Origin: Roseibacillus sp.
Lineage (GTDB): Bacteria; Verrucomicrobiota; Verrucomicrobiia; Verrucomicrobiales; Akkermansiaceae
Direction of reading: 5' to 3'
Length of the DNA stretch: 64,000 nucleotides
Assembly (NCBI GenBank): GCA_965242925.1
Contig: CBDEUM010000029.1
Span: 1 to 64,000, forward strand
Shown here: piece after piece, positions 55,959-64,000 of the stretch
Position numbering within the stretch: the first letter of the stretch is position 1
Layout of the letters: every line of letters starts with the position of its first letter
The notes under the pieces: model-generated
What the model saw: the letters and a program-made list of their open reading frames with translations, nothing else
Database searches by the model: none
What the model was told of the DNA's origin: nothing
Program-made: the position numbers and the translations under genes

Positions 55959-56393
55959 TCATGCCCGGTGATAGGGTTCCCCACGCTTGATGGTGAACAC
56001 GCGGTAGAGCTGTTCCAGCAGGACCACGAGAGCGAGTTCATGCTGCATCGTCATCCTCGAAAGCGACCAGATCTCGTCGCAGCGCTCACGCAGTTCCGGT
56101 GGATGACCGTCTGCTCCCCCGATCAGAAAAGTGATCTTCTTGAGTTCTGTCCGGTTTTCCAGCTGCGTGATCCTTTCACTGAAGGACACAGTGTCCAGCT
56201 GGCGTCCCCGTTCGTCCAGGGCGATGCGATAGCTCCCTTCACTTCCTGCCAGCAGGGCTGAGGATTCGTCGCGGCCCTTGAGGTATTCAAGAGTGACCGG
56301 TGCATAGTGTCGAAGCCGCCTGCAGTATTCCTGCACCCCCTCCGCGGCATAGGACAGCTTTGGTTTTCCGATGGCAAGCACGAGGATCTTCAC
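55959..56393 (-). CDS. rlmH: 23S rRNA pseudouridine-1915 N3-methyltransferase
   Basis: IALDERG, FLIGGADG, SLSRMTMQHEL, EQLYR, GEPYH. Confidence 0.95.
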   Translation of the reverse strand: MKILVLAIGKPKLSYAAEGVQEYCRRLRHYAPVTLEYLKGRDESSALLAGSEGSYRIALDERGRQLDTVSFSERITQLENRTELKKITFLIGGADGHPPELRERCDEIWSLSRMTMQHELALVVLLEQLYRVFTIKRGEPYHRA

Positions 56394-56491
56394 GGGAACA
56401 GTCTAACGGGAGGATACGGGTGCCGGCTCGTTGTTTCCCTGGAAAAGGTGGAAGCCACGCGCTACTGGGCATCCATCTGCCCCGCGGGGGG

Positions 56492-58066
56492 TTACTGGAT
56501 CTCGTCGAGAAGTCGCGGGAGAAGGTCGCTGATGGCGATCCGTTCCTGCTTCATGGAGTCACGATGACGGAGAGTGACCGTGTCCTTCAGTTCGGGATTC
56601 TCCTCGCCCAGGGTTTCAAAGTCCACGGTAATGCAGAAGGGAGTTCCCACTTCGTCCTGTCGGCGGTAGCGCCTGCCCACCGCACCGGTTTGATCGTAGA
56701 AGACATTCATGAAGCGCTCGAGGCTGCGCTGGATCTCCCTGCCGATTCGCACCTGTTCCTCGTTCTTCTTGAGCAACGGGAAGATGGCCGCCTTGATGGG
56801 TGCCATCCTCGGATGGAGCCGCATCACGGTACGAACCTCGGCCTTGCCCTTGGAGTCGGTCACCTCTTCTTCCTCGAAAGCCTCACACAGCAGCGCCAGC
56901 ACGGTGCGATCGCAGCCGGCCGAGGGCTCCACCACGTGGGGGATGAACTTTTCCTTGGTGGCTTCGTCGAAGTACTCGATGGGCCTGCCGGAGTGCTCCT
57001 GGTGCTTGGAAAGGTCGTAATCCGTCCGGTAGGCCACACCCTCCAGTTCCTGGCAGCCAAAGGGGAAATCGAACTCGATGTCGTAGGTTTTCTTCGAGTA
57101 GTGCGCGCGCTCTCCATCGGGGACATCGAGCACATGCAGCTTCTCACGAGGCAGGCCGATATCGTTGTAGAAGGTCAGGCGGTTCTCCAGCCATTCGTCG
57201 GTCAGTCGCAGGCCGTCCTCCGGACGACAGAAGTATTCGATCTCCATCTGCTCAAACTCCCGGGAGCGGAATGTGAAATTGCGCGGATTGATTTCATTGC
57301 GGAAGGCCTTGCCGATCTGAGCGATACCGAAGGGCACTTTCTGGCGGGAGGTATCCAGGACGTTCTTGAACTGGGTGAAGATTGATTGTGCGGTTTCGGG
57401 GCGCAGGTATGCCACGGCGTTGGGGTCTTCCTCGCTCGAAGAGGCACCCATCTGGGTCTTGAACATGAGATTGAACTCCCGTGCCTCCGTGAGCAGTGAT
57501 CCGTTCTCGGGATTGTAACGGGTGGTGTTCTTCTCCTCGGTGGTGGATTCCCCCACCAGCCCAAGGGCCTTCGGGGAAAGTGACTTGTTGGGATGAAACT
57601 GGGCATAGAACTGTCTGGCAGTCTTGCGGGCTCTGTTTTCGTTCTCGCCCTCCCGGAGGAGAACGGCGAAATCGCGTGCCACACTCCACTCACTCTCCTT
57701 GGCACCGGTGTAGTGGTAGGCCGTTCCACTCTGTGGTTCGATCTGATCGGCACGCAGGCGTGCCTTGCTGAGGAGGCAGTCGCACATGGGGTCGGAGAAT
57801 CCTCCCACGTGGCCCGAGGCGGTGAGGACGGACTGGTGGGTCAGGATCGAGCCATCGAGGCCGACGATATCCTCCCGTTCCTGCACGTTCCGGCGCCACC
57901 AGTATTCCTTGAGATTGCGCTTCACCTCCACGCCAAGCGGGCCGTAGTCCCAGCATCCATTGAGGCCGCCGTAGAGTTCGGCAGATTGATAGATGAAGCC
58001 CCGTCGCTTGCAGAGCGACACGATCTTCTCCATGCGCTCCGGATCAGTGTATTCTTTGTCAGCCAT
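56492..58066 (-). CDS. glyQS: Glycine-tRNA ligase (alpha2 type)
   Basis: KRRGF, DYGPLG, ASGH, YLRPETAQ, QIGKAFRNEI, REFEQME, VVEPSAG, GRRYRRQDEVGTP; start at ATG 58066. Confidence 0.96.
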   Translation of the reverse strand: MADKEYTDPERMEKIVSLCKRRGFIYQSAELYGGLNGCWDYGPLGVEVKRNLKEYWWRRNVQEREDIVGLDGSILTHQSVLTASGHVGGFSDPMCDCLLSKARLRADQIEPQSGTAYHYTGAKESEWSVARDFAVLLREGENENRARKTARQFYAQFHPNKSLSPKALGLVGESTTEEKNTTRYNPENGSLLTEAREFNLMFKTQMGASSSEEDPNAVAYLRPETAQSIFTQFKNVLDTSRQKVPFGIAQIGKAFRNEINPRNFTFRSREFEQMEIEYFCRPEDGLRLTDEWLENRLTFYNDIGLPREKLHVLDVPDGERAHYSKKTYDIEFDFPFGCQELEGVAYRTDYDLSKHQEHSGRPIEYFDEATKEKFIPHVVEPSAGCDRTVLALLCEAFEEEEVTDSKGKAEVRTVMRLHPRMAPIKAAIFPLLKKNEEQVRIGREIQRSLERFMNVFYDQTGAVGRRYRRQDEVGTPFCITVDFETLGEENPELKDTVTLRHRDSMKQERIAISDLLPRLLDEIQ

Positions 58067-58276
58067 GGTCTCGCTGGATGTGGTGGGCCGCGATGGAAAC
58101 GTCCAGCAGGCGGTTTGGCAAGGAATTGGGGAGCCCGGCAGGAGATGGGGGGCGGAATGAAGGGGAACCACGAGAACTCAGCTCCCGGCTCTGGGGAGCC
58201 GGCGATGGTTGGGCCATGAGTGGTGATCAGTGAATTTCGCCTCCATATTCGGCGGTTCGTATTCTAACCTGCCTCC

Positions 58277-59653
58277 ATGCGCATGCGTGAGCAGGGGGAG
58301 CAGTACCGGCGGGGAGACGACGGGGCGATGTCGGTGAGCAGGCTGGTACGTCGCATGAAGAACGTCCTGGAGATCGAGATTGGGGATGTGTGGGTGGAAG
58401 GAGAGGTGTCCAACCTGCGCAAACAGGGAAACGGACATTACTATTTTTCGCTGAAGGACGAGCAGGCGCAGTTGGGCTGTGCGGCGTTCAGTGCCGAGCG
58501 GAGGTGTTCCGGGCATGAAGCGCTGCAGGATGGGGCGAAGGTGCGGATGCTCGGGGAAGTGACGGTTTACGAGGCCCGCGGACAGGCCCAGTTGATTGTG
58601 AAGCGGGTGGTGCCGATGGGGTTGGGCGAGCTCCAGGCCCGGTTCGAACAGTTGAAGAATAAGCTTCACGATGAGGGTCTCTTTGCCGGGGAACTGAAGA
58701 TCCCCCTGCCCGCCTTTCCACGCGTGATCGGGCTGGTGACTTCGGCCAGCGGGGCCGCGCTGCAGGATATCGTGAGTGTGCTCTCCCGGCGCGCGCCCTG
58801 GGTGCAGGCGGTTCTTTTCCCGGTGGCGGTGCAGGGACAGGGGGCAGAACGCGGAATCGTGCGGGCTATTGGCATGATGGGAGACCCGGAACACCATGAT
58901 CTCCCGCGGTGCGATGTGATCATCATGGGTCGCGGGGGAGGCTCGCTGGAAGATCTCTGGAACTTCAACGAAGAGAGTGTGGCGCGGGCGATCGCGAACT
59001 GTTCCATTCCGATTGTTTCCGCGGTGGGACACGAGATTGATTTCACGATTGCGGACTTCGTCGCGGATGTGCGGGCCCCGACACCAAGTGCCGCCGCTGA
59101 GTTGGTTGTTCCGGATGGGGAAGAACTGAGGGCAAGGCTGCAGCGCCTGCACGATGGTCTGCGGAGGCCGGTGCGGGAAAAACTCCGCTCCGCCCAGGAT
59201 CTCATCCGCTTCGCACGGCGCGGAGTGCTGGCGCACGATGTGGAACGGGTCCTGCGGGAGCCGACGCTGCGTCTGGACGAAGTCCATGCTGCCATGAAGC
59301 GAACGGCGAAAGAGCAGCTCAACCGCGGGGGCTTGAGGCTGGCGGACCGGCAGGCCGCATGGAAGGCGCGGCACCCGCGCCTGGTGGTGGAGCAGCGTCT
59401 GGAGAGCCTGCGTCAATTCAGGGCGCGCTATGTCCAGAAAGCCCGGCACTGCCTGCAGGTCGTGTCGCAGCGGCTGGAGCGGGCAAGACGTCTTCTGAAG
59501 ACCCTGGGACCGGAATCGGCCTTTGAGCGGGGATTTTCCATTACGCTGACTGCGAGCGGAGACCTCGTGACGGATCCGGCACAGGTCGGGGCCGGAGATC
59601 GTCTCGCGACCCGGGTGGCTGGGGGCACGATTGAAAGCGAGGTGAGGGAGTGA
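58277..59653 (+). CDS. xseA: Exodeoxyribonuclease VII large subunit
   Basis: VWVEGEVSN, GHYYFSLKD, VTSASGAALQD, RGGGSLEDLWNFN, SAVGHEID, APTPSAAAE. Confidence 0.96.
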   Translation: MRMREQGEQYRRGDDGAMSVSRLVRRMKNVLEIEIGDVWVEGEVSNLRKQGNGHYYFSLKDEQAQLGCAAFSAERRCSGHEALQDGAKVRMLGEVTVYEARGQAQLIVKRVVPMGLGELQARFEQLKNKLHDEGLFAGELKIPLPAFPRVIGLVTSASGAALQDIVSVLSRRAPWVQAVLFPVAVQGQGAERGIVRAIGMMGDPEHHDLPRCDVIIMGRGGGSLEDLWNFNEESVARAIANCSIPIVSAVGHEIDFTIADFVADVRAPTPSAAAELVVPDGEELRARLQRLHDGLRRPVREKLRSAQDLIRFARRGVLAHDVERVLREPTLRLDEVHAAMKRTAKEQLNRGGLRLADRQAAWKARHPRLVVEQRLESLRQFRARYVQKARHCLQVVSQRLERARRLLKTLGPESAFERGFSITLTASGDLVTDPAQVGAGDRLATRVAGGTIESEVRE

Positions 59654-59764
59654 GGGTCGGGAGGCAGATGGCCCCGGACGCCGTTGATCATGTGATCGAC
59701 AGGTCGGCCTCCTGCAGCCTTGACCGCGAGAAGGGGGATGCGTAGGTTCCGCGCCGCCCGCCTC

Positions 59765-60946
59765 ATGAATATCCACGAGTACCAGGCTAAGATTCTCTTT
59801 GATCAGTTTTCGGTTCCAAGCCCCCGGGGAATGGTGGCCGGCACGTCGGAGGAGGCTGCTGCCGCTGCGGCGGAGCTGGGAGGAGACCGGGTGGTGGTGA
59901 AGGCCCAGATCCACGCGGGAGGTCGGGGCAAGGGGACGTTCAAGAACGGCTTTCAGGGGGGGGTGCATCTCGTCTCTCCGGGAGAAGTGGCCGGGATCGC
60001 GGGCAGGATGATCGGCGAGGTTCTGGTGACCAAGCAGACCGGGGAGGAGGGCAAACTCGTTCGCAAGGTGATGGTGGGAGAGGCTGTTGATGTCAGGCAC
60101 GAGTACTATCTGGCAATCCTGATGGATCGGGCCGCCTGCTGCCCGGTTATTGTCGCCTCCACCGAGGGAGGAATGGATATCGAAGAGGTGGCGGAGAAGA
60201 ATCCGGGAAAGATTCTGCGGGAGCACGTGCATCCCCTGATGGGGCTTCAGCCGTATGAAGTTCGCAAGGTCACCGTTGGTCTCGGATTCAAGGGTGATGA
60301 GGCCAGGCAGTTCGGTAAGCTCCTCGGCAATCTATATCGCCTTTTTCTTGAGTGCGACTGCTCGATGGTGGAAATCAATCCCCTGGTCGGGACCACCGAT
60401 GGGCGCATCCTGGCCCTGGATGCCAAGTTCAACTTCGACGACAACGCGCTTTATCGCCATCCGGAGATCGTGGAGTTCCGGGATGTGGAGGAGGAGGATC
60501 CGCTGGAAGTGGAGGCTTCCAGGCACTCCCTGAACTACATCGGCCTGGACGGCAACATCGCTTGCCTGGTGAACGGTGCGGGATTGGCCATGGCGACCAT
60601 GGATATCATCAAGCACCATGGTGGCGAGCCTGCCAACTTCCTCGATGTGGGTGGAGGGGCTTCGCAGGAGCAGGTGGCGGCGGCCTTCAAGATCATCCTT
60701 TCCGACAAAGCGGTGAAGGGCATTCTGGTCAATATCTTTGGAGGGATCATGGATTGCGATGTCATCGCTAATGGGGTGGTGGCGGCCTGCAAGGAGGTAG
60801 GGCTGCCCATTCCTCTGGTGGTCCGGCTCGAGGGCAACAACGTGGCAGCGGGAAAAGCCACTCTGACGGCCAGCGGACTCAATATTATCGCGGCTGACGA
60901 CCTGGCGGATGCGGCTGAGAAGGCGGTGGCTGCCATCACTGACTGA
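59765..60946 (+). CDS. sucC: Succinyl-CoA synthetase beta subunit
   Basis: [50 protein letters not shown]. Confidence 0.97.
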   Translation: MNIHEYQAKILFDQFSVPSPRGMVAGTSEEAAAAAAELGGDRVVVKAQIHAGGRGKGTFKNGFQGGVHLVSPGEVAGIAGRMIGEVLVTKQTGEEGKLVRKVMVGEAVDVRHEYYLAILMDRAACCPVIVASTEGGMDIEEVAEKNPGKILREHVHPLMGLQPYEVRKVTVGLGFKGDEARQFGKLLGNLYRLFLECDCSMVEINPLVGTTDGRILALDAKFNFDDNALYRHPEIVEFRDVEEEDPLEVEASRHSLNYIGLDGNIACLVNGAGLAMATMDIIKHHGGEPANFLDVGGGASQEQVAAAFKIILSDKAVKGILVNIFGGIMDCDVIANGVVAACKEVGLPIPLVVRLEGNNVAAGKATLTASGLNIIAADDLADAAEKAVAAITD

Positions 60947-61042
60947 TTGGCAGTAACGGAACGGGATCGCGCTTCATGAAAGGACTCCACATAATCAGAC
61001 CTGCAGGGAACCGTTCTGCAGAGACTTAACCGATCTACCCGA

Positions 61043-61951
61043 ATGGCAATTCTAGTCGAAGAAGACACGAAGGTCCTGGTGCAGGGCATTACGGGAAGTT
61101 TTGGCGGCCGACACGCGGAGTTGAGCCTCGACTACGGGACGCAGATTGTGGCGGGCGTGACCCCCGGCAAGGGCGGACAGACTTTCGAGCACGGGGAACA
61201 CAAGGTCCCGGTGTTTGATACGGTGGAGCAGGCGGTGAGGGAGACCGGAGCCACGGTTTCGGCAGTGTTCGTTCCGCCGGCCTTTGCAGGTGATGCCATT
61301 CTTGAGAGTGCTGATGTCGGAGTGGATCTGGTGGTGGCCATTACGGAAGGGATTCCAGTTCGTGACATGATGAAGGTCAGGGCGGCCATGACCGGCAGTG
61401 GGGTGCGTCTGGTGGGCCCCAACTGCCCGGGAATCGTGACGCCCGGTCGGAGCGAAGGCTCGCAGGGTGGTTGTCGCATTGGGATCGCGCCAGGCTACAT
61501 TCACAAGCGGGGCCGGGTGGGGATCGTCTCGCGCTCGGGTACGCTCACCTACGAAGCCGTCTGGCAGACCACTCAGCGCGGGTATGGGCAGAGTACCTGC
61601 GTGGGCATCGGGGGTGATCCCATCAATGGCACGACCCACCTCGACGCGCTGCGACTTTTCAACGATGACGAGGAAACCGAGGCCATCATCATGATCGGTG
61701 AGATCGGAGGCGCGGCCGAGGAGGAAGCGGCTGCCTGGGCCAGTGAACACTGTAATAAGCCTGTTGCGGCCTTTATCGCGGGTGCCACCGCACCACCCGG
61801 ACGGCGCATGGGACACGCGGGAGCGATCATTTCGGGCGGCAAGGGCACGGCTCAGGCCAAGAAGGAGGCTCTGCGTGCCGCGGGAATCACGGTGGCGGAG
61901 ACCCCGGCCCAGATCGGGTCGGCTCTGATGGAGGCGACCGGCTGGGAGTAG
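61043..61951 (+). CDS. sucD: Succinyl-CoA synthetase alpha subunit
   Basis: [47 protein letters not shown]. Confidence 0.97.
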   Translation: MAILVEEDTKVLVQGITGSFGGRHAELSLDYGTQIVAGVTPGKGGQTFEHGEHKVPVFDTVEQAVRETGATVSAVFVPPAFAGDAILESADVGVDLVVAITEGIPVRDMMKVRAAMTGSGVRLVGPNCPGIVTPGRSEGSQGGCRIGIAPGYIHKRGRVGIVSRSGTLTYEAVWQTTQRGYGQSTCVGIGGDPINGTTHLDALRLFNDDEETEAIIMIGEIGGAAEEEAAAWASEHCNKPVAAFIAGATAPPGRRMGHAGAIISGGKGTAQAKKEALRAAGITVAETPAQIGSALMEATGWE

Positions 61952-61962
61952 GTGGCGGGCTT

Positions 61963-62436
61963 TTACGAATCTGCCGAGGCCACCGCCATCGCTGCGATTC
62001 CTTCTCCACGCCCCACGAAGCCCATTTGCTCATTGGTGGTGGCCTTGATCCCGATCAAGTGCGTCCCAAGCCCGAGTGCTGCTCCGATTTTCTCCCGCAT
62101 GGCTTCACGGAAAGGAAGGACCCTTGGAGCTTCAGCAATAAGCGTGCTGTCGATATTGACGATGGTTGCGCCCTCCTCCTCCGCCAGCGACCGGCACCGG
62201 GCGAGGATTTTCAGGCTGGAAATCCCCTCGATGGATGCGTCGCTGGGGGGGAAATAGTGTCCGATATCGGGGAGTCCCAGAGCTCCCAAAATGGCATCCG
62301 CGATGGCATGGGAGAGCACATCGGCATCGGAGTGTCCCTGCAGGCCGCGTGAGTGGGGAATTTCGACGCCGCCGAGGATAAGCGGACGATTCTCGGCATA
62401 CTGGTGGACATCGTATCCAATTCCAACGCGGGTCAT
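61963..62436 (-). CDS. ispF: 2-C-methyl-D-erythritol 2,4-cyclodiphosphate synthase
   Basis: GIGYDVH, GHSDADV, DAILGA, DIGHYFP, KATTNE, GRGEG. Confidence 0.96.
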   Translation of the reverse strand: MTRVGIGYDVHQYAENRPLILGGVEIPHSRGLQGHSDADVLSHAIADAILGALGLPDIGHYFPPSDASIEGISSLKILARCRSLAEEEGATIVNIDSTLIAEAPRVLPFREAMREKIGAALGLGTHLIGIKATTNEQMGFVGRGEGIAAMAVASADS

Positions 62437-62644
62437 TGTCGGGGGGCGTTAGGTGGTGGTGGTTGACCGCGGCTGCGGGGTTAACGTGTTCAGTGCACCT
62501 TAGACCTCATCGCGGGGCAAGGTGGAAAGGAAGTTGCGGCTTTCTTTTGGGAAGTAGAGTCGGTGGTGGGTGCAATGCGGCACGCTTTCGGATTCCGTGC
62601 CATCGGATGGTCGAGGTGTGCCGCCGGAATGCTTTCCTGTCAGA

Positions 62645-63400
62645 TCAGAGGATCTCTTCTATCGGGATCTTTCCATTGGTGGCCACCACCGACCAGACAT
62701 CCGGGATGGTGGGATGCGGGGTCAGGTCGACTTTTCCCCCTCCGGACTCCACCAGCAGGATGCCGGCTGCCACGTCCCAGAGAGAAATGCGGGACTCAAT
62801 GTAGGCGTCCAACCGTCCGGCCGCGATGTAGGCCATTCCAAGGGCGGCGGATCCCATCATGCGCATTTTGCGGGCACGGGTGGAGGCGCGTTCAAATCTC
62901 TCAAGGCCGGTTGCCATCGATTCCTCGTCCTTGCCGCATCCCACGAAGAGGATTGATTCTTCGAGCGCAGTGCGTTTCGAGCAGGCAATCGGTTTCCCGT
63001 TCAGGAATGGTGGGCCGCCTTTTTCTACGGTCCAGAGTTCATCAAGCATGGGATCGTAAATGAGTCCCATCACGATTTCCTCCTGGTTCCGTTCGCGCAG
63101 GGCAATCGAAATGCAGAAGTGCGGAATGCTGTAGAGGTAGTTCACGGTTCCGTCGATGGGATCCACAATCCACTGCAGCGGAGCGTCCTGGTTGCCGGCT
63201 ATGCCTTCTTCTCCGTAGAGGGCATAGTCGGGGAAGGCATCCAGAAGGACCTTGGTGATGAGATCCTGCGATTCCCGGTCAAGAGCCAGTTTGACGTCGT
63301 GGTGGTGGGCCTCGTCGATGTCCTTGCTGCGGTGGAAGTTCTCCCGGAGGAGGGCGCCCGCCTGATGCGCGGCCTGCTCGGCGGCCTGAAGGGGTGTCAT
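62645..63400 (-). CDS. suhB: Inositol monophosphatase family protein
   Basis: GEEG, WIVDPIDGTVNY, GSAAL, WDVAAG...ESGG. Confidence 0.88.
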   Translation of the reverse strand: MTPLQAAEQAAHQAGALLRENFHRSKDIDEAHHHDVKLALDRESQDLITKVLLDAFPDYALYGEEGIAGNQDAPLQWIVDPIDGTVNYLYSIPHFCISIALRERNQEEIVMGLIYDPMLDELWTVEKGGPPFLNGKPIACSKRTALEESILFVGCGKDEESMATGLERFERASTRARKMRMMGSAALGMAYIAAGRLDAYIESRISLWDVAAGILLVESGGGKVDLTPHPTIPDVWSVVATNGKIPIEEIL

Positions 63401-63477
63401 CGGGCGATAAAACCGCAGAAGGACGTCGATTGATACTGCTATTTTCCGGAAGGCGCCAGCGAGACGTCCTCTGGGGG

Positions 63478-64000
63478 CTAGCCCTTCCGAATCCGTAATT
63501 CCTGGACGGCCTGCAAGATGAGGTGGGCAAGGTGCTCCTTGGTCTCCACAGGCAGGGGTTCGGTCCGGTCGGGGTAGATGAGGAGCACTTCGTTGTGATC
63601 GGAGTCGAAGCCGATGCCGCTCCGGGAGACGTCGTTTGCCACCACCAGATCGCAGCCCTTGCGATGCAGTTTTTCCCGCGCGTGATCTTCGAGGTTCTCG
63701 GTCTCGGCGGCGAATCCGACCAGCACGCCTTCGTAGTGAAACTCGGAACGCGCTGATCCCAGGATGTCGGCATTGCGGACGAGTTCAATGGTGAGACGGT
63801 CCTCGGATTTCCTGATCTTGTTTTTCGCGAAGGTGGCCGGGCGGTAGTCCGCCACGGCAGCCGAGAAGATGGCGGCGTCCGCCCTGGCGAGGTGCATACT
63901 TGTGGCCTCGAACATCTCCTGGGCCGTTTCAACCGGGACGTAGTCCACATTGATGGGGATATCAAGGTTGGTGGGGCCTGAGATCAGGGTGATGCGGTGT
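63478..64000 (-). CDS. Phosphopantothenate-cysteine ligase domain (CoaB or C-terminus of CoaBC); 5' end outside window
   Basis: Frame open to the window edge (HRITLISGPTNLDIP...); AAVADYRP, KIRK, VGFAAET, KLHRKGCDLVVANDV. Confidence 0.9.
   Translation of the reverse strand, partial: HRITLISGPTNLDIPINVDYVPVETAQEMFEATSMHLARADAAIFSAAVADYRPATFAKNKIRKSEDRLTIELVRNADILGSARSEFHYEGVLVGFAAETENLEDHAREKLHRKGCDLVVANDVSRSGIGFDSDHNEVLLIYPDRTEPLPVETKEHLAHLILQAVQELRIRKG

Noticed and set aside
1..64000. tRNA (including tRNA-Sec), rRNA, sel genes, transposases, integrases, phage or defence genes
   Set aside because: None recognised by eye. The Sec machinery needed for the main finding would have to lie elsewhere in the genome.

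Overview
GC-rich bacterial chromosome segment, almost certainly Verrucomicrobiota (PVC superphylum). Support: a perfect Verrucomicrobia-type LexA box before recA, DUF1549/1553-DUF1501 and DUF1592-DUF1552 gene pairs, several sulfatases and PQQ-like propellers, a lamin-tail/CotH protein and an alpha2-type GlyRS. The first ~38 kb is an accessory region of secreted, lipoprotein and periplasmic genes. The last ~26 kb is mostly housekeeping (ruvX, manC, rfbB, rfbD, avtA, recA, tilS, serS, rlmH, glyQS, xseA, sucCD, ispF, suhB-like, coaB-like). The top finding is that ORFs 916-2751 and 2893-4476 are one reading frame interrupted by a single in-frame TGA (2749-2751). The TGA is followed by a hairpin resembling the E. 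coli fdhF SECIS, giving a candidate 1186-aa selenocysteine-containing FG-GAP/ASPIC-UnbV/redoxin/TPR lipoprotein. It is transcribed divergently from a second CRTAC1-like lipoprotein that the ORF track missed. Other observations: a receptor-like membrane metallophosphoesterase, a FecR-type gene split inside a GAGTAT repeat, a frameshifted sulfatase, an internally deleted FAD-oxidoreductase pseudogene, a thioredoxin-derived chimera lacking CxxC, and a recurrent leaderless-promoter signature. I recognised no tRNA, rRNA, CRISPR array or transposase. All family calls are from motif recognition by eye, not database searches.
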